DNA from: Acidobacteriota bacterium
GTDB taxonomy: Bacteria; Acidobacteriota; UBA890; WLXD01
Length of the DNA: 64,000 bases
Direction: 5' to 3'
NCBI GenBank assembly: GCA_963666055.2
Contig: CAXWPH010000011.1
Coordinates: 252,338 to 316,337 of the forward strand
Shown here: piece by piece, positions 21,186 through 38,634 of the stretch
Layout of the letters: each line of letters opens with the position of its first letter
How positions within the stretch are numbered: position 1 is the stretch's first letter
Program-made: the position numbers and the translations under genes
Notes under the pieces: model-generated
Database searches by the model: none
What the model saw: only the letters and a program-made list of their open reading frames with translations
Told to the model about the DNA's origin: nothing

Positions 21186-21539
21186 TCAGGCCTCCCTCTC
21201 TGCCAGCTTCACCGTCACGTGGCTGGTTCTCTTGATGATCGGGAACGCCCGACCCATGGGCTGAGGCCGGATGCGTGTCGGTAGCGTCGGACCGGGATCG
21301 ACCGCAATCGTCGCGATGTAAAGCCCGTCCACATCGACTTCCGGCTTGATGTTTTCGGCGTTGGCGACCGCCGAGCGCAAGACCTTCTCGATCGCCAGCG
21401 AAGCTCGCTTGGTGGAAAGCTCCAGGATACCGAGAGCCTCGGGTACGGCTCGACCTCGGATCAAGTCAACCACGAGCCGGAACTTCTGCGGCGACCCGCG
21501 TAGGTAGCGTCCATACGCCTTGCTCACGTTCTCACTCAT
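21186..21539 (-). CDS. rplV: 50S ribosomal protein L22
   Basis: [22 protein letters not shown]; ATG at 21539. Confidence 0.96.
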   Translation of the reverse strand: MSENVSKAYGRYLRGSPQKFRLVVDLIRGRAVPEALGILELSTKRASLAIEKVLRSAVANAENIKPEVDVDGLYIATIAVDPGPTLPTRIRPQPMGRAFPIIKRTSHVTVKLAEREA

Positions 21540-21541
21540 GA

Positions 21542-21829
21542 CTATCTGAACCCAGCTTTGCGATCCGACCGCGCACCAGCATGGGAGCGGAAGGTCCGGG
21601 TCGGGGCAAACTCGCCGAGCTTGTGACCCACCATGTTCTCGGTTATGTAGACAGGGATGAACCGTTTGCCGTTGTGCACCGCCAGGGTGTGTCCGACCAT
21701 CTCCGGCACGATGGTCGAACGACGCGACCACGTCTTGACCACATTGCGGTCACCGGCGCTGTTCATGAGGTCGATTTTGCTCCGCAGCGAGGCCTCGACG
21801 TAAGGCCCTTTCTTGAGCGACCGTGCCAT
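21542..21829 (-). CDS. rpsS: 30S ribosomal protein S19
   Basis: [18 protein letters not shown]. Confidence 0.98.
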   Translation of the reverse strand: MARSLKKGPYVEASLRSKIDLMNSAGDRNVVKTWSRRSTIVPEMVGHTLAVHNGKRFIPVYITENMVGHKLGEFAPTRTFRSHAGARSDRKAGFR

Positions 21830-21832
21830 TCC

Positions 21833-22672
21833 CTACTTCCTCCTGCGGCCTTGATCTCGGCGCCTGACAATGGAGCGATCGGTGCGCTTGTTGTTGCGGG
21901 TCTTGGCACCTTTGGTCGGCTTACCCCACGGCGTGCACGGATGCCGACCACCCGATGCCTTGCCCTCGCCACCGCCCATCGGGTGATCGATCGGGTTCAT
22001 CGCAACGCCTCGCGTATGGGGCCGCCGACCAAGCCACCGCCGGCGGCCGGCCTTGCCGTACGACTCGTGGTTGTTCTCGACGTTACCCACCTGGCCGATA
22101 ACAGCCATGCAGTCGAGATGGATCAGCCGAACCTCTGCCGACGGCAACCGGATGTGAGCATACCGACCCTCCTTCGCCGCTAAGGTCGCCTGGGCGCCCG
22201 CGCTGCGCGCAATCTGGGCGCCTTTGCCAGGCTTCATTTCAATACACGAGATGATCGTGCCGAGCGGTATGGCCCGCAGCGGCAACGCGTTTCCTGGTCG
22301 GATGTCGGCCTGGGGTCCTGACATCAGCATATCGCCAACGCCCACCCCGACCTGCGCCACAATGTAGCGTTTTTCCCCGTCGAGATAGTGCAGCAGGGCG
22401 ATGCGCGCGGTGCGATTCGGATCGTACTCGATCGTCGCAACCTTGGCCGGCACGCCCGTCTTGCCGCGCTTGAAGTCGATAGCTCGATACCTGCGCTTGT
22501 GTGCACCACCGCGATGGCGGATCGTCATCCGGCCCTTGTGGTTGCGTCCTGACGTCGCGCGCTTCCCTCTGGTCAGTGCGCGGAGCGGCTTGGATTGAGT
22601 GATATCGGCGAAATCGGAGCCCCTGTGGAAGCGCGTGCCCGGGGACGTAGGCTTCCGCTGTCGCATGCCCAT
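21833..22672 (-). CDS. rplB: 50S ribosomal protein L2
   Basis: [29 protein letters not shown]. Confidence 0.98.
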   Translation of the reverse strand: MGMRQRKPTSPGTRFHRGSDFADITQSKPLRALTRGKRATSGRNHKGRMTIRHRGGAHKRRYRAIDFKRGKTGVPAKVATIEYDPNRTARIALLHYLDGEKRYIVAQVGVGVGDMLMSGPQADIRPGNALPLRAIPLGTIISCIEMKPGKGAQIARSAGAQATLAAKEGRYAHIRLPSAEVRLIHLDCMAVIGQVGNVENNHESYGKAGRRRWLGRRPHTRGVAMNPIDHPMGGGEGKASGGRHPCTPWGKPTKGAKTRNNKRTDRSIVRRRDQGRRRK

Positions 22673-22673
22673 C

Positions 22674-22964
22674 TCAGACTCCCTCGAAGTACTCGATCAT
22701 GCTCTGATCGGCTGCCAGCCGCACGTAGGCCTTCTTCCACGCCGGCTTGTAGCCGGCATAGCGACCGAGACGCTTTGGCTTACCGCGCACGTTCATGATC
22801 CGCACGCCCTCTACCTTGACCTTGAAGACCTTCTCCACCGCACGCTGGACGTCGACGGACGTGGCGCGCTTCGCCACCTCGAAGCAGAGCGTATGCTCGC
22901 TGTCTTTCAAGAGCGTCGCTTTCTCGGTAATCACCGGCCGGCGAATAACATCGTGCACGTTCAT
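22674..22964 (-). CDS. rplW: 50S ribosomal protein L23
   Basis: [16 protein letters not shown]. Confidence 0.97.
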   Translation of the reverse strand: MNVHDVIRRPVITEKATLLKDSEHTLCFEVAKRATSVDVQRAVEKVFKVKVEGVRIMNVRGKPKRLGRYAGYKPAWKKAYVRLAADQSMIEYFEGV

Positions 22965-23584
22965 CGCAGGGCCTCGTCGATCTGACTGATCCCCGCCTTG
23001 GTGGTGAGCAGCGTGTCGTGCAGCAGCAGGTCATAGACGTGGAGCCCGAAACCGCCAACCACCTTTGTGTTGGGCAGGTTCCGAGCCGCGCGTGCGAACT
23101 CCTCACTACCCTCCGGATCGTAAATCAACGTCTTGCCGCTGAGCTCCAATCCGGCAAGCAACGTCGCCATCAACTTCGTCTTGGGGGCGTCGAGCGCCAT
23201 CTCGTCCAGAACGACGATCTGCCCGTCGGCACACTTCGATGACAGCGCCATCTGCAGCGCGGCGCGCATCTTGCGACGCGGCATTATCGTCGAGTGGTCG
23301 CGTACTTGCGGACCGAACGTCGTGCCACCCTTGCGCCAAATCGGGCTGCGCCGATCGCCGACGCGGGCGCGCCCGCTGCCCTTCTGTCGCCACGGCTTGC
23401 GCTTCGACCCTCGAACCTCGCCGCGCGTCTTGGTGGCATGCGTGCCGCGCTGCTGGGCCGCTCGGTAGTTCACCACGGCTTCGTGCAACAGGCTCCGCTT
23501 CACCGGTCGCTCGAAGACGCTGGCGCCGACCTCGACCGAGCCGACAACCTTGTTGCTGCGATCCCGCACGTCCAACGTTGGCAT
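22961..23584 (-). CDS. rplD: 50S ribosomal protein L4
   Basis: [23 protein letters not shown]; ATG at 23584. Confidence 0.97.
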   Translation of the reverse strand: MPTLDVRDRSNKVVGSVEVGASVFERPVKRSLLHEAVVNYRAAQQRGTHATKTRGEVRGSKRKPWRQKGSGRARVGDRRSPIWRKGGTTFGPQVRDHSTIMPRRKMRAALQMALSSKCADGQIVVLDEMALDAPKTKLMATLLAGLELSGKTLIYDPEGSEEFARAARNLPNTKVVGGFGLHVYDLLLHDTLLTTKAGISQIDEALR

Positions 23585-23586
23585 GG

Positions 23587-24219
23587 TTAACCCCGGACCG
23601 CTTGGCGGATGAGCACGTAGCCACGCGGCGCCCCGGGCACCGCTCCCCTGACCATCAGCAGGTGGCGCTCCAGATCCACCTTCACTACCCGCAGCCCCTG
23701 CTGGGTAACACGCCGACCGCCCATCTGGCCGGGCATCTTCTTGCCTTTGAACACTCGCGATGGCCACGCCGCCTGGCCGATAGCGCCGGGGGCGCGATGG
23801 AACATCGAGCCATGTGTTGCCTTGCCGCCCTTGAAGCCGTAGCGCTTCATCACACCGGCGAAGCCACGCCCCTTGCTCGTCGCCGTTACATCCACTTTCT
23901 CGACGTCGCTGAAGAGCTCGACCGTGAGTCGATCGCCCTCTTTCGTATCGGCATCGGGAGACAACGGGAACTCACGGATCATACGCACCGGTGGCGCTCC
24001 GACCTTGGCGAGATGCCCTCGGGTCGGTTTGTTAAGCTTTTCGGGGCGCAGACCCTCCTCGATGTAGCCCAGCTGCGCGGCGCGATAGCCATCACGCTCC
24101 TCGTTGCGCACCTGCAACACGACGCACGGTCCGGCACGCAACACGGTTACCGGCACGTGGTTGCCGGCGTCATCGAAAATCCGTGTCATCCCGACCTTCT
24201 GTCCGATCAGACCCTTCAT
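23587..24219 (-). CDS. rplC: 50S ribosomal protein L3
   Basis: [21 protein letters not shown]. Confidence 0.98.
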   Translation of the reverse strand: MKGLIGQKVGMTRIFDDAGNHVPVTVLRAGPCVVLQVRNEERDGYRAAQLGYIEEGLRPEKLNKPTRGHLAKVGAPPVRMIREFPLSPDADTKEGDRLTVELFSDVEKVDVTATSKGRGFAGVMKRYGFKGGKATHGSMFHRAPGAIGQAAWPSRVFKGKKMPGQMGGRRVTQQGLRVVKVDLERHLLMVRGAVPGAPRGYVLIRQAVRG

Positions 24220-24230
24220 CGCCGCCGCCG

Positions 24231-24551
24231 TCAGTGTTCAGGCCCGAAGGCCTTGATCTCTACGTCCACGCCGGCCGGAAGATCGAGCTTCATCAGCGCG
24301 TCCACCGTTTGCGGAGTGGCTGTCAGGATGTCTACGAGCCGCTTGTGGGTGCGGATCTCAAACTGTTCCCGCGACTTCTTGTTGACATGGGGAGAGCGCA
24401 GCACCGTGTAAACAACGCGCTCGGTAGGTAACGGGATCGGACCGGCTACTTCGGCCCCGGTGCGCTCGGCCGTGTCGACGATCTCATGTGCCGACTGGTC
24501 GAGCACGCGATAGTCGTAGGCCTTGAGCCGGATTCGAATTTTCTGGTCCAT
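24231..24551 (-). CDS. rpsJ: 30S ribosomal protein S10
   Basis: [30 protein letters not shown]. Confidence 0.98.
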   Translation of the reverse strand: MDQKIRIRLKAYDYRVLDQSAHEIVDTAERTGAEVAGPIPLPTERVVYTVLRSPHVNKKSREQFEIRTHKRLVDILTATPQTVDALMKLDLPAGVDVEIKAFGPEH

Positions 24552-24590
24552 CCCTTACACCTTTAGCGTCTGTGAGAACCCCGAGATCGG

Positions 24591-25789
24591 CGTCCTACTC
24601 GTGGATTTCAATGACGGTGCCAGCACCTACCGTTCGTCCGCCCTCGCGAATAGCGAACCGCAGGCCCTTCTCCATCGCGATCGGGGTGATCAGATCTCCG
24701 ACGATTGTCACGTTGTCCCCGGGCATCACCATCTCCACGCCTTCGGGCAGCTCTACCGAACCTGTCACATCCGTCGTCCTAAAATAAAACTGCGGCCGAT
24801 ATCCCTTGAAGAACGGCGTGTGCCGGCCGCCCTCATCCTTGGTCAACACATACACCTCGGCCGAAAACCTGGTGTGCGGCTTAATCGATCCCGGCTTCGC
24901 CAGCACCTGGCCCCGCTCCACATCCTCACGGTCTGTTCCTCTCAACAACACGCCCACGTTGTCTCCGGCTTGCCCCTCATCGAGAATCTTCCGGAACATC
25001 TCTACCCCCGTGACCACCTTCTTCTGCGTCTCACGGATCCCGACGATCTCCACCTCTTCTCCCGTCTTCACCACCCCCCGGTCGATTCGGCCCGTCACCA
25101 CCGTGCCCCGTCCCGAGATCGTGAACACGTCCTCGATCGCCATCATGAGGTCTTTGTCCAGCGCTCGCTCCGGCTCCGGTATGTAGGTGTCGAGCGCCTC
25201 GATCAACTCCAGAATCTGCTTGCCTGACTCCGACTCCGGATCCCCCGACTCCGCCGCCTGCAGCGCTGAACCCTTGATCACCGGAAGTTCGTCCCCTGGA
25301 AACTCGTACGTCTCCAGCAGCTCCCTCACCTCCAGCTCAACCAGCTCCAGTAGCTCCTCGTCGTCCACCATGTCGACCTTGTTCAAAAACACCACCATCG
25401 CCGGTACTCCCACCTGCCGTGCCAGCAATATGTGCTCCCGCGTCTGCGGCATCGGCCCATCTGCCGCCGACACCACCAAGATCGCTCCGTCCATCTGCGC
25501 CGCACCCGTGATCATGTTCTTGATGTAGTCCGCGTGCCCGGGGCAGTCCACGTGTGCGTAATGCCTTGTCTCGGACTCGTACTCAACGTGCGCTATCGCG
25601 ATCGTGATCCCTCGCTCCCGCTCCTCGGGCGCCTTGTCGATCTCATCGAACGGCGTGTAGTCCGCTCGTCCCAACTTCGACAAAATTAGCGTGATCGCCT
25701 GCGTCAATGTCGTCTTGCCGTGGTCCACGTGCCCAATCGTCCCCACGTTTACATGCGGCTTCGTTCGTTTGAATTTCTCCTTCGCCATC
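24591..25789. repeat. About 1.2-kb direct repeat, copy 1 (tuf)
   Basis: Matches 40840..42038; protein and antisense ORF translations are identical in both copies. Confidence 0.9.
24595..25788 (-). CDS. tuf: Elongation factor Tu (str-operon copy)
   Basis: [21 protein letters not shown]. Confidence 0.99.
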   Translation of the reverse strand: MAKEKFKRTKPHVNVGTIGHVDHGKTTLTQAITLILSKLGRADYTPFDEIDKAPEERERGITIAIAHVEYESETRHYAHVDCPGHADYIKNMITGAAQMDGAILVVSAADGPMPQTREHILLARQVGVPAMVVFLNKVDMVDDEELLELVELEVRELLETYEFPGDELPVIKGSALQAAESGDPESESGKQILELIEALDTYIPEPERALDKDLMMAIEDVFTISGRGTVVTGRIDRGVVKTGEEVEIVGIRETQKKVVTGVEMFRKILDEGQAGDNVGVLLRGTDREDVERGQVLAKPGSIKPHTRFSAEVYVLTKDEGGRHTPFFKGYRPQFYFRTTDVTGSVELPEGVEMVMPGDNVTIVGDLITPIAMEKGLRFAIREGGRTVGAGTVIEIHE

Positions 25790-25828
25790 GCTTCTTTCTC
25801 CCCAGGATTCTCTCAGCGGTCCGTCAGG

Positions 25829-27925
25829 TCAGACCGCTTTGCCCCGCACCCGCAGGACGATCTCATCGGTAATGGTTTTCGGAACTCGCTCATAGCGCTT
25901 GAAGTGCATGGTGAAGTTGGCACGCCCCTGTGTCGCCGACCGCAGGTCGGTCGCGTAGCCGAACATCGCCGACAACGGCACGCGGCCGGTGATGATCTTC
26001 AATCCGTCGCGCGTGTCGAGGTTCTCGATGCGACCGCGGCGGCTGTTCATATCGGAGATCACCTCGCCCATGTACTTCTCGGGCACGACGATCTCCAGGT
26101 CCATGATGGGCTCCATCAACACCGGCGCCGCGCTCTTCATGGCGTCCTTGAACGCCATGCTACCGGCGATCTTGAAGGCGATCTCTGAGGAGTCGACCTG
26201 GTGGAACGAGCCGTCCACCAGAATGGCACGAACGCCCTCCAACTCGTAGCCAGCGAGCGGGCCGTTGTCCATGGCCTCGCGGATACCATGCTCGACGGAG
26301 GGGATGTACTCGCGTGGGATCTTGCCGCCGACAATGCGGTTGATGAACTCGAACTTCTGGCCCTCTTCTGGCGGCAGTGGCTCAATCTCGATCTTCGCGT
26401 GGCCAAACTGTCCGCGACCGCCCGTCTGCCTGACGAAGCGCCCCTCGCCCTTGGCAGGCCTGGTGATCGCTTCACGGTAGGCGACCTGAGGTGCACCCAC
26501 ATTTGCCTGCACGCCGAACTCGCGCAGCATCCGATCCACCAGCACGTCGAGGTGTAGCTCCCCCATTCCGGCGATGATCGTTTGGCCGGTCTCGTCGTCG
26601 CGATGCACCTTGAACGTCGGGTCCTCTCGTTGCAGCTTGGAGAGCGCGTCGCCGAGCTTCTCCTGATCGGCGCGCGTCTTCGGCTCGATGGCCATCGCGA
26701 TCACCGGCTTCATGAACTCCATCGTCTCGAGCAGCACCGGATGGGCCGGGTCACAAATCGTATGGCCGGTCGAAACGGTCTTCGGAGCGACTGCGGCAGC
26801 AATATCGCCTGCCCGCACCTTCTTGATCTCTTCGCGCTTGTTGGCGTGCATCTTCAGCAAGCGTCCGATGCGCTCCTTCTTGCCGGTTGTCGTGTTCAGT
26901 ACGCGCTCACCCGACCCAACCTGGCCCGAGTACACGCGGAAGAAGGCGAGCTGACCAACAAACGGATCGGTCATGATCTTGAACACCAGAGCCGAAAATG
27001 GCTCGTCGTCGTCAGCCTTGCGCTCGATGATCTGTTGATCGTCGGCCGGGTCGGTACCCTTGATCGGCGGCACGTCTACGGGCGACGGCAAATAGTCGAT
27101 GACCGCGTCGAGGAGCGGCTGGACACCCTTGTTCTTGAATGCAGATCCGGCAAGCACAGGGGTTAGCTGCAGCATCACGGTACCCTGACACAAAGCGGCA
27201 ATGATCTCATCAGCTGAGACCTCCTCGGCGGCGAGGTACTTCTCGAGTATGCCGTCGTCGATCTCGCTCGCCGCATCCAGCACCTTCTCTCGTGCAGCCT
27301 CGACATCGGCAAGACAGTCTGCAGGGACCTCTTCGGCCACCGGCTCGGTACCCAGATCATCATTCTTGTAGCGCAGGGCACTGCGGCGTACGACGTCGAT
27401 CACGCCGATGAAGTTCTCCTCGGCGCCCCAGGGAATCACTACCGGCACCGGCTTCGTGTGCAGGCGGTCCGCCATCATCTGCAAACAGCGCTCGTAGTTG
27501 GCTCCGACGCGGTCCATCTTGTTGACGAAGGCGATGCGCGGCACGCGATACTTGTCCGCCTGGCGCCATACAGTCTCGCTCTGTGGCTCCACGCCGGCCA
27601 CCGCATCGAACACCGCAATGGCTCCGTCGAGAATGCGTAGCGAGCGTTCGACTTCGGCGGTGAAATCGACGTGGCCCGGCGTATCGATGATGTTGATGCG
27701 ATGGTCCTTCCACATGCATGTGGTGGCGGCTGACGTAATGGTGATGCCGCGTTCCTGCTCCTGGACCATCCAGTCCATCTCGGCGGTCCCTTCATGGACC
27801 TCACCGAGCTTGTGGGTGATCCCGGTGTAGTAGAGAACGCGCTCCGTCGTCGTCGTCTTACCGGCATCGATATGCGCCATGATGCCGATGTTGCGTATTG
27901 ACGCGAGCGCCACCTTGCGAGGCAC
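25829..27925 (-). CDS. fusA: Elongation factor G
   Basis: [30 protein letters not shown]. Confidence 0.99.
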   Translation of the reverse strand: MPRKVALASIRNIGIMAHIDAGKTTTTERVLYYTGITHKLGEVHEGTAEMDWMVQEQERGITITSAATTCMWKDHRINIIDTPGHVDFTAEVERSLRILDGAIAVFDAVAGVEPQSETVWRQADKYRVPRIAFVNKMDRVGANYERCLQMMADRLHTKPVPVVIPWGAEENFIGVIDVVRRSALRYKNDDLGTEPVAEEVPADCLADVEAAREKVLDAASEIDDGILEKYLAAEEVSADEIIAALCQGTVMLQLTPVLAGSAFKNKGVQPLLDAVIDYLPSPVDVPPIKGTDPADDQQIIERKADDDEPFSALVFKIMTDPFVGQLAFFRVYSGQVGSGERVLNTTTGKKERIGRLLKMHANKREEIKKVRAGDIAAAVAPKTVSTGHTICDPAHPVLLETMEFMKPVIAMAIEPKTRADQEKLGDALSKLQREDPTFKVHRDDETGQTIIAGMGELHLDVLVDRMLREFGVQANVGAPQVAYREAITRPAKGEGRFVRQTGGRGQFGHAKIEIEPLPPEEGQKFEFINRIVGGKIPREYIPSVEHGIREAMDNGPLAGYELEGVRAILVDGSFHQVDSSEIAFKIAGSMAFKDAMKSAAPVLMEPIMDLEIVVPEKYMGEVISDMNSRRGRIENLDTRDGLKIITGRVPLSAMFGYATDLRSATQGRANFTMHFKRYERVPKTITDEIVLRVRGKAV

Positions 27926-27946
27926 AGTCGTTACTCCTGCGAGTCA

Positions 27947-28423
27947 TTACCAGCGGTAGTGCGCAAAGGCCTTGTTGGCCTCTGCCATCCGATGGGTGTC
28001 TTCTCTCTTCTTCACGGCTGAGCCGCGACCGCTCGACGCATCGAGCAGCTCGTTGCACAGACGCTCGGACATTGTCCGTTCTCCGCGTGAACGCGCCGCG
28101 GCAATTAGCCACCGCATCGCCAACGACGTACGACGACGCGGGTAAACCTCGATCGGAACCTGGTAGGTCGAACCACCGACGCGCCTCGACTTGACCTCGA
28201 GTACCGGACGTACGTTGTCTATGGCGCGCTTGAAGATACCCAACGCATCGTCATCGTCGGACTTCTCCTTGGCACGTTCGAGAGCGTCATACACCAACCG
28301 CTGAGCCAAGCTCTTCTTGCCGGTGAGCATCACGTGGTTGATGAACTTAGACAGCTGACGACTGCCATAGATCGCATCCGGCGCGACGGCGTGCTGCCTG
28401 ACCTTGACGTCTTTTCTCGGCAT
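27947..28423 (-). CDS. rpsG: 30S ribosomal protein S7
   Basis: [25 protein letters not shown]. Confidence 0.98.
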   Translation of the reverse strand: MPRKDVKVRQHAVAPDAIYGSRQLSKFINHVMLTGKKSLAQRLVYDALERAKEKSDDDDALGIFKRAIDNVRPVLEVKSRRVGGSTYQVPIEVYPRRRTSLAMRWLIAAARSRGERTMSERLCNELLDASSGRGSAVKKREDTHRMAEANKAFAHYRW

Positions 28424-28542
28424 GGCTTTTCTCCGCCACCGGAGGGCACGAAGCCCGTCCGGTGACCGTACACAATTCCCCTAGTATTGCCGGAAAGAGG
28501 TGGGAAGGGCCGGCGGAATGCGCCGACAAAGGCGAACAGGCG

Positions 28543-28917
28543 TCAGGACTTGGGCCGCTTGGCTCCGTACTTCGACCGACCCTGCCTACGGCCCTCGACG
28601 CCCGAGGCGTCGAGCGTGCCACGAATGACGTGATACCTGACTCCAGGAAGATCCTTAACGCGACCGCCGCGAATCAGAACGATGGAGTGCTCCTGCAAGT
28701 TATGCCCGATGCCGGGAATATATGAGGTAACTTCCATTCCGTTCGTCAAACGCACCCGCGCGACTTTGCGCAACGCCGAATTAGGCTTCTTCGGGGTCGT
28801 CGTATACACACGGGTACACACACCGCGACGCTGCGGACACCTTTGCAGGGCCGGGCTTGACGTCTTGGCGGTGACCCGCTTACGCCCCTTCCTTACCAGT
28901 TGGTTGACGGTAGGCAA
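28543..28917 (-). CDS. rpsL: 30S ribosomal protein S12
   Basis: [32 protein letters not shown]. Confidence 0.99.
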   Translation of the reverse strand: MPTVNQLVRKGRKRVTAKTSSPALQRCPQRRGVCTRVYTTTPKKPNSALRKVARVRLTNGMEVTSYIPGIGHNLQEHSIVLIRGGRVKDLPGVRYHVIRGTLDASGVEGRRQGRSKYGAKRPKS

Positions 28918-29092
28918 AAAATACCTCTACAACCGTTTCCGGGTTCGTCCGCCGCAGGCAAAGCTCCCTCCCAACCACGAGTCAGGTGGGGGCCAGGGGC
29001 CGCAACAACCCTAGGCGGAAAAACAATAATCTCGTTCAAGGGCCGCGTGGTCAGCCCACACGACCCCCCTATCTGCCCCTGGGCAGGCGCTC

Positions 29093-29120
29093 AGTATAGC
29101 AGTCGCTTTGCGCCAGTCAA
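29093..29120 (-). promoter_or_regulatory. Sigma70-type promoter of the str operon
   Basis: Minus strand TTGACT-16 bp-TATACT with extended TG, in the rpoC-rpsL gap. Confidence 0.65.
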
Positions 29121-29146
29121 TCCGACCGGTGGGCCAGAAAACCCCG

Positions 29147-33346
<4,200 letters not shown>

Positions 33347-33401
33347 GATCCCACCACCTTGTTCGACGGGGAAACTCTGACAACTCTGCGCGTCCGGGCC
33401 A

Positions 33402-36400
33402 TCACAGGGTCATCTCCGGGTCCGCTTCTTTAGACCGCTTGCTGCGATAAAGCTCCACATCAAGTGCTAGCCCCTGGAGCTCCTTTACGAGCACATTGAA
33501 AGACTCCGGCAGACCGGGTTCCAGATCTCCCTCGCCCTTGACGATCGACTCGAAGATCTTGGCGCGGCCGTACACGTCATCGCTCTTGACGGTCAGCAAC
33601 TCCTGCAGCGTATGCGCCGCGCCATAGGCCTCGAGCGCCCAGACTTCCATCTCGCCGAATCGCTGCCCGCCGAATTGCGCCTTACCTCCAAGCGGCTGCT
33701 GCGTGATCAGCGAGTAGGGTCCGATCGAGCGTGCATGGATCTTGTCGTCGACCATATGTGACAGCTTCAGCATGTAGATGTAGCCGACCGTCACCTGGTT
33801 TTCGAAAGGCGCGCCGGTGATCCCATCCCGCAGCTCGATCTTGCCACCGGTCGGTAACCCGGCCTTGGTGAGCTGCTCCTTGATCTCTGCCTCGGTCGCA
33901 CCATCGAACACCGGGGTCGCGAAATGCACCCCCAGCGCCTTTGCGGCCCATCCGAGATGAGTTTCTAGGATCTGACCGACGTTCATGCGCGACGGCACGC
34001 CCAGCGGGTTGAGCACGATATCCACCGGCTGACCGTCCGGCAGGAAGGGCATGTCTTCCTCCGGCAACACGGTAGCGATGACCCCCTTATTGCCGTGTCG
34101 GCCGGCCATCTTGTCGCCCGCCTGTACTTTGCGCTTCATGCCGATGTAAACCTTGACCATCTTGATCACGCCCGGCGGCAGCTCGTCGCCGCGGCGATAC
34201 GCTTCCTGACGCTCCTCGAAAGCCGCCCGCAGATGAGCGATTCGCTCACCAAGCTGGCTGATGAGGGCCTGGATCTTCGACTCCGCGCTCTTGTTGGACT
34301 TCGCCAATCGAATCTTCGCCAGGCTGTCATATGGCAGCGACTGCACGAGCTCGTCGTTGATCACCTGCCCCTTGGCGGCGAGCGTCTCACCAGTCGATGG
34401 ATGCTTGATCCCCATGTCGAGGGTCTTACCACCGGCCAGACTCGTCACCTGACCGCGCATGCCAGCCTTGAGAATGCGGATTTCGTCGTCCAGATCTCGC
34501 TGCAGGCGGTTGACGTCGTCATCCTCGATCTCGATCGCCCGCTCGTCCTTGTCGACTCCCTTGCGAGTGAATACCTTCACATCGACGATGATGCCCGTAA
34601 TGCCGGGTCGGCAGGTCAACGACGCGTCTTTCACGTCGCCCGCCTTTTCCCCGAAGATGGCGCGCAGCAGCTTTTCCTCGGGCGTGAGCTGCGTCTCGCC
34701 CTTCGGCGCCACCTTGCCAACGAGAATGTCACCGGGGCCAACCTCGGCGCCGACGCGGATAATGCCGCTCTCGTCGAGGTTCCTCAGCGCTTCCTCCGAG
34801 ACGTTCGGAATGTCGCGGGTGATCTCCTCGGGACCCAACTTCGTGTCGCGCGCCTCCACCTCGAGCTCGTCGATGTGGATCGAGGTAAACCCATCGTTCT
34901 TGACGAGCTTCTCCGAGATCACGATCGCATCCTCGAAGTTGTAGCCACGCCAAGGCATGAAGGCGACGAGCACGTTGCGGCCTAGCGCCAGCTCGCCCTG
35001 GTCGGTAGCCGCGCCGTCCGCGAGCACCTGGCCGGCGGTAACCTCGTCGCCGGCGAAGACCAGCGGCTTCTGGTTCAGGCACGTGTCCTGATTCGAGCGT
35101 CGGAACTTGGCCAGACCGTAGATGTCGCAGTCGATCTCGCCACCGGCACTCCCAACGCGCACGATGATGCGCTCCGAATCAACGAAGTCGACCACCCCCC
35201 CGCGTCGCGCCATGACGACGGCACCCGACACCTGTGCTGTCGTGGCCTCCATCCCGGTACCAACCACCGGCGCCTCAGGCCAATAGAGCGGCACCGCCTG
35301 GCGCTGCATATTCGATCCCATGAGAGCACGGTTAGCATCGTCGTTCTCGAGAAACGGGATCAACGACGCCGCCACCGAGACCACCTGCTTGGGCGAGACG
35401 TCGATGAAGTCGATCTCCTCGACCGGCGCCAGGCGGAAATCTCCCTTGATCCGTGCCGTCACCCGATCGCGCAAGAATCGTCCGGACTTCGTATCGATCG
35501 GCGCGTTGGCCTGCGCGATCACGTGACCATCCTCCTCGATGGCAGAGAGGAACGCCGGGGCGTACTCCCACGTCGCTGCGGCCGCCTTGCCGACCTTCTT
35601 GTTGAGCTTCACGAGGTCGTTGAGCGCAATCTCCGTGCCGGCCTCGACATCGGTGCCACCCGGATCCAACACGCGAACACGATCGGCGATGCGACCATTC
35701 ACCACTGGTCGGTATGGGCTCTCGATGAAACCGAACTCGTTAATCTGACCGTAGCAAGAGAGTGAGGAGATCAAGCCGATGTTCGGCCCCTCCGGCGTTT
35801 CGATCGGACAGATGCGCCCATAGTGCGTCGGGTGCACGTCGCGAACCTCGAACCCGGCTCGCTCACGCGACAGACCGCCCGGGCCGAGAGCCGAAAGGCG
35901 ACGCTTGTGGGTCACCTCCGACAGCGGGTTGGTCTGATCCATGAACTGCGACAGCTGCGACGAACCAAAGAATTCGCGTACCGCGGCCATGACCGGCTTC
36001 GGGTTGATGAGATCGTGCGGCATCGCCGTCTCGATCTCCTGGTACACGCTCATCTTCTCGCGCACGCCGCGCTCCATGCGTACGAGCCCGATGCGGAATT
36101 GGTTCTCCAGGAGCTCGCCCACCGAGCGCACCCGGCGGTTACCGAGGTGGTCGATATCATCGACGCCGCGTGGCTCCTCGGGCAGGCCCAGCAAGAACCG
36201 GAGTACGCCGACGAAATCGTCCTGATCGAGCAGTCGGTCGTCTAATTCCTTGGAGCACGACAGCTTGTAGTTGAACTTCAGCCGGCCGACACGCGAGAAG
36301 TCGTACCGCTGGGGGTTCATGAACATGTTCTTGAACAAGTTGCGCGAGCTGTCCGCAGTCGGCGGGTCGCCAGGTCGCATCTTGCGGTATATCTCGATCA

Positions 36401-37517
36401 ACGCTTCCTTGCGCGTACTGACGCTGTCCTTGCGGAGTGTGTTGCTCAGCACCTTGCCGGCGCTGCTGAGCTCGGGAAAGAAGACATCGAAGGTCTCGCA
36501 GGCCACCTCGGCAATGCGATCCAAGACCGCCGGCGTGAGCTCCTCGTTCGCCTTCACGACGACCTCGCCCGACTCGGGATCGGCAATATCGTGCACGGTA
36601 TGGGCGCCCTCGAGGTCGACGACCTCGACAGCGATCGTCTCTTGGCCAGCTTCGCGCAGGCGCTTGAGCGATCCACGCGTCACCTTGCGCCCCGCCCGGA
36701 CGATCTCCTTGCTTCTTTTCCCGCGAGCATCCGTCTTGATGGCGCGCGCCAGCTGCATGCCTATCAGATGATCGCCCACGGCCATGCGCAAGTTGCCGTC
36801 GACGCGAGAGATGCTCACAGTCGGCAAGAACGTCCGCAGAATCGCCTCATCGGTCTCGAGCCCCAGCGCCTTGAGGAAGACCGTCGCCGGAAACTTACGA
36901 CGACGGTCGATGCGCACCTGCACCAGATCACGCGCGTCGAGCTCGAACTCCACCCACGATCCCCGGTAGGGAATTACCTGCGCGGTGAAAAGCGTCTTGC
37001 CCGACCCCGTGTGGAAGAACACGCCGGGCGAGCGGTGCAGCTGCGACACAATCACCCGCTCGGTGCCATTGATGATAAATGTGCCGCCCTTGGTCATCAG
37101 CGGAATGTCGCCGAGGTAGACCTCCTGCTCCTTGATGTCTCGAATGGTCTTGATGCCGGTCTCGGGGTCCTTGTCCCAGACGACGAGGCGGAACGTAACG
37201 CGCAACGGCACCGAGTACGTCATGCCGCGCGTCTGGCACTCCTCCTCATTGAAGGTGGGCAGAACCCGCCCGTCCCGATCGCCGATGGAGTAGTTGACGA
37301 AGTCCAGCGACGCGGTCTCGCGGAAGTCACTGATCGGGAAGATGGTGTCGAAAACCTCCTGCAGACCGACCTTCTCACGGCCGGACGACGGCTCGTAGAT
37401 CTGCAGAAAACGGTCGTAGGACTTCTTCTGGACCGCGATGAGATTGGGTAGCGGGATCACCGTGGGGATTTTGGCGAAGCTCACGCGCTCTCGTAGCGGT
37501 CTCGACCCGTCAGCCAT
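33402..37517 (-). CDS. rpoB: RNA polymerase beta subunit
   Basis: [35 protein letters not shown]. Confidence 0.99.
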   Translation of the reverse strand: MADGSRPLRERVSFAKIPTVIPLPNLIAVQKKSYDRFLQIYEPSSGREKVGLQEVFDTIFPISDFRETASLDFVNYSIGDRDGRVLPTFNEEECQTRGMTYSVPLRVTFRLVVWDKDPETGIKTIRDIKEQEVYLGDIPLMTKGGTFIINGTERVIVSQLHRSPGVFFHTGSGKTLFTAQVIPYRGSWVEFELDARDLVQVRIDRRRKFPATVFLKALGLETDEAILRTFLPTVSISRVDGNLRMAVGDHLIGMQLARAIKTDARGKRSKEIVRAGRKVTRGSLKRLREAGQETIAVEVVDLEGAHTVHDIADPESGEVVVKANEELTPAVLDRIAEVACETFDVFFPELSSAGKVLSNTLRKDSVSTRKEALIEIYRKMRPGDPPTADSSRNLFKNMFMNPQRYDFSRVGRLKFNYKLSCSKELDDRLLDQDDFVGVLRFLLGLPEEPRGVDDIDHLGNRRVRSVGELLENQFRIGLVRMERGVREKMSVYQEIETAMPHDLINPKPVMAAVREFFGSSQLSQFMDQTNPLSEVTHKRRLSALGPGGLSRERAGFEVRDVHPTHYGRICPIETPEGPNIGLISSLSCYGQINEFGFIESPYRPVVNGRIADRVRVLDPGGTDVEAGTEIALNDLVKLNKKVGKAAAATWEYAPAFLSAIEEDGHVIAQANAPIDTKSGRFLRDRVTARIKGDFRLAPVEEIDFIDVSPKQVVSVAASLIPFLENDDANRALMGSNMQRQAVPLYWPEAPVVGTGMEATTAQVSGAVVMARRGGVVDFVDSERIIVRVGSAGGEIDCDIYGLAKFRRSNQDTCLNQKPLVFAGDEVTAGQVLADGAATDQGELALGRNVLVAFMPWRGYNFEDAIVISEKLVKNDGFTSIHIDELEVEARDTKLGPEEITRDIPNVSEEALRNLDESGIIRVGAEVGPGDILVGKVAPKGETQLTPEEKLLRAIFGEKAGDVKDASLTCRPGITGIIVDVKVFTRKGVDKDERAIEIEDDDVNRLQRDLDDEIRILKAGMRGQVTSLAGGKTLDMGIKHPSTGETLAAKGQVINDELVQSLPYDSLAKIRLAKSNKSAESKIQALISQLGERIAHLRAAFEERQEAYRRGDELPPGVIKMVKVYIGMKRKVQAGDKMAGRHGNKGVIATVLPEEDMPFLPDGQPVDIVLNPLGVPSRMNVGQILETHLGWAAKALGVHFATPVFDGATEAEIKEQLTKAGLPTGGKIELRDGITGAPFENQVTVGYIYMLKLSHMVDDKIHARSIGPYSLITQQPLGGKAQFGGQRFGEMEVWALEAYGAAHTLQELLTVKSDDVYGRAKIFESIVKGEGDLEPGLPESFNVLVKELQGLALDVELYRSKRSKEADPEMTL

Positions 37518-37674
37518 GAACCGGGACTCCCTCGGGGAACTGGTCCCCCGTCAGTACTTCAATGAACACAGAAACAGAATCCGACCCCTCGCACTGGAAC
37601 GGTCCGTGGGGAACGACATTGGCGCGACCTCCGCAACTCCGGCGGAGCGCCACGACATCTCTGCTCTGCAAACC

Positions 37675-38058
37675 TTACCTGAGCTCGACCTGGGCGCCGG
37701 CTTCCTCGAACTTGGACTTCAGTTCTTCAGCCTCTTCCTTGCCGACGCCTTCCTTGACCGCTCGCGGCAGGTTGTCGACGAGCTCCTTGGCCTCCTTCAG
37801 GCCCAGGCTCGTGACCTGGCGGACGGTCTTGATCACGTTGATCTTCTTGTCACCGAACGTGATCAGCGTGACATCGAAAGAGTCCTGCTCTTCCTCTTCC
37901 TCGGCAGCGCCACCGCCCGCAGCCATCGCGGGAGCGACCATCGCCTGCGCGCTGACGCCGAACTTCTCCTCCAGTTCCTTGACCAGATTGGCCAAGTCAA
38001 GGACCGACATGTTCTCAATCTGTTCGATGAATTGTTCGCTTGAAAGCTGCTTGGCCAC
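37675..38058 (-). CDS. rplL: 50S ribosomal protein L7/L12
   Basis: [22 protein letters not shown]. Confidence 0.98.
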   Translation of the reverse strand: MAKQLSSEQFIEQIENMSVLDLANLVKELEEKFGVSAQAMVAPAMAAGGGAAEEEEEQDSFDVTLITFGDKKINVIKTVRQVTSLGLKEAKELVDNLPRAVKEGVGKEEAEELKSKFEEAGAQVELR

Positions 38059-38071
38059 GGTTCCCTCCGGC

Positions 38072-38626
38072 TTACTCGGCCACGCCCGATGGGCGGTCGG
38101 CTAATTCGTTCTCTTGTTGTTGTCGGACTGCATCCAACACCACGACAAAGTTGCGCAGGATGCTGTTCAAGGCGGTCGCCAGACCCGTGATCGGATGCTG
38201 CATCAGGTACACAACCTTGGCGATGAGCTCATCGCGAGATGGCAGGTCCGCGAAACTCTGAAATTCTTCGGGGGTGATCAGCTGACCATCGACAAGGCCG
38301 ATCTTGACACCGCCGATGTCGTGCTCCTTGTTGAAGTCACGCAGGACTTTGGCGATCGCAACCGCGTCCTCACCGTTCGGATAGACGATCGCTGTCTGCC
38401 CGACGAAAGCCGACTCAGCCTGGCCCAGCGCCGTATCGGCAAAAGCGCGCTTCGCGAGGCGGTTCTTGACGATCCGCATCACGCCATCATTCTCACGAAG
38501 CTGCGTACGCAGATCCGTTGAGCGCGCCACGTTGAGCCCCGTGAAGTCGACCAGGAAGGCATGCGCCAGCTGGCCGATCGTCTCGCCCAGGTACTCGATC
38601 TCTTCCTGCTTCTGGGATCGGTTCAT
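38072..38626 (-). CDS. rplJ: 50S ribosomal protein L10
   Basis: [26 protein letters not shown]. Confidence 0.96.
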   Translation of the reverse strand: MNRSQKQEEIEYLGETIGQLAHAFLVDFTGLNVARSTDLRTQLRENDGVMRIVKNRLAKRAFADTALGQAESAFVGQTAIVYPNGEDAVAIAKVLRDFNKEHDIGGVKIGLVDGQLITPEEFQSFADLPSRDELIAKVVYLMQHPITGLATALNSILRNFVVVLDAVRQQQENELADRPSGVAE

Positions 38627-38634
38627 CAGATCAC

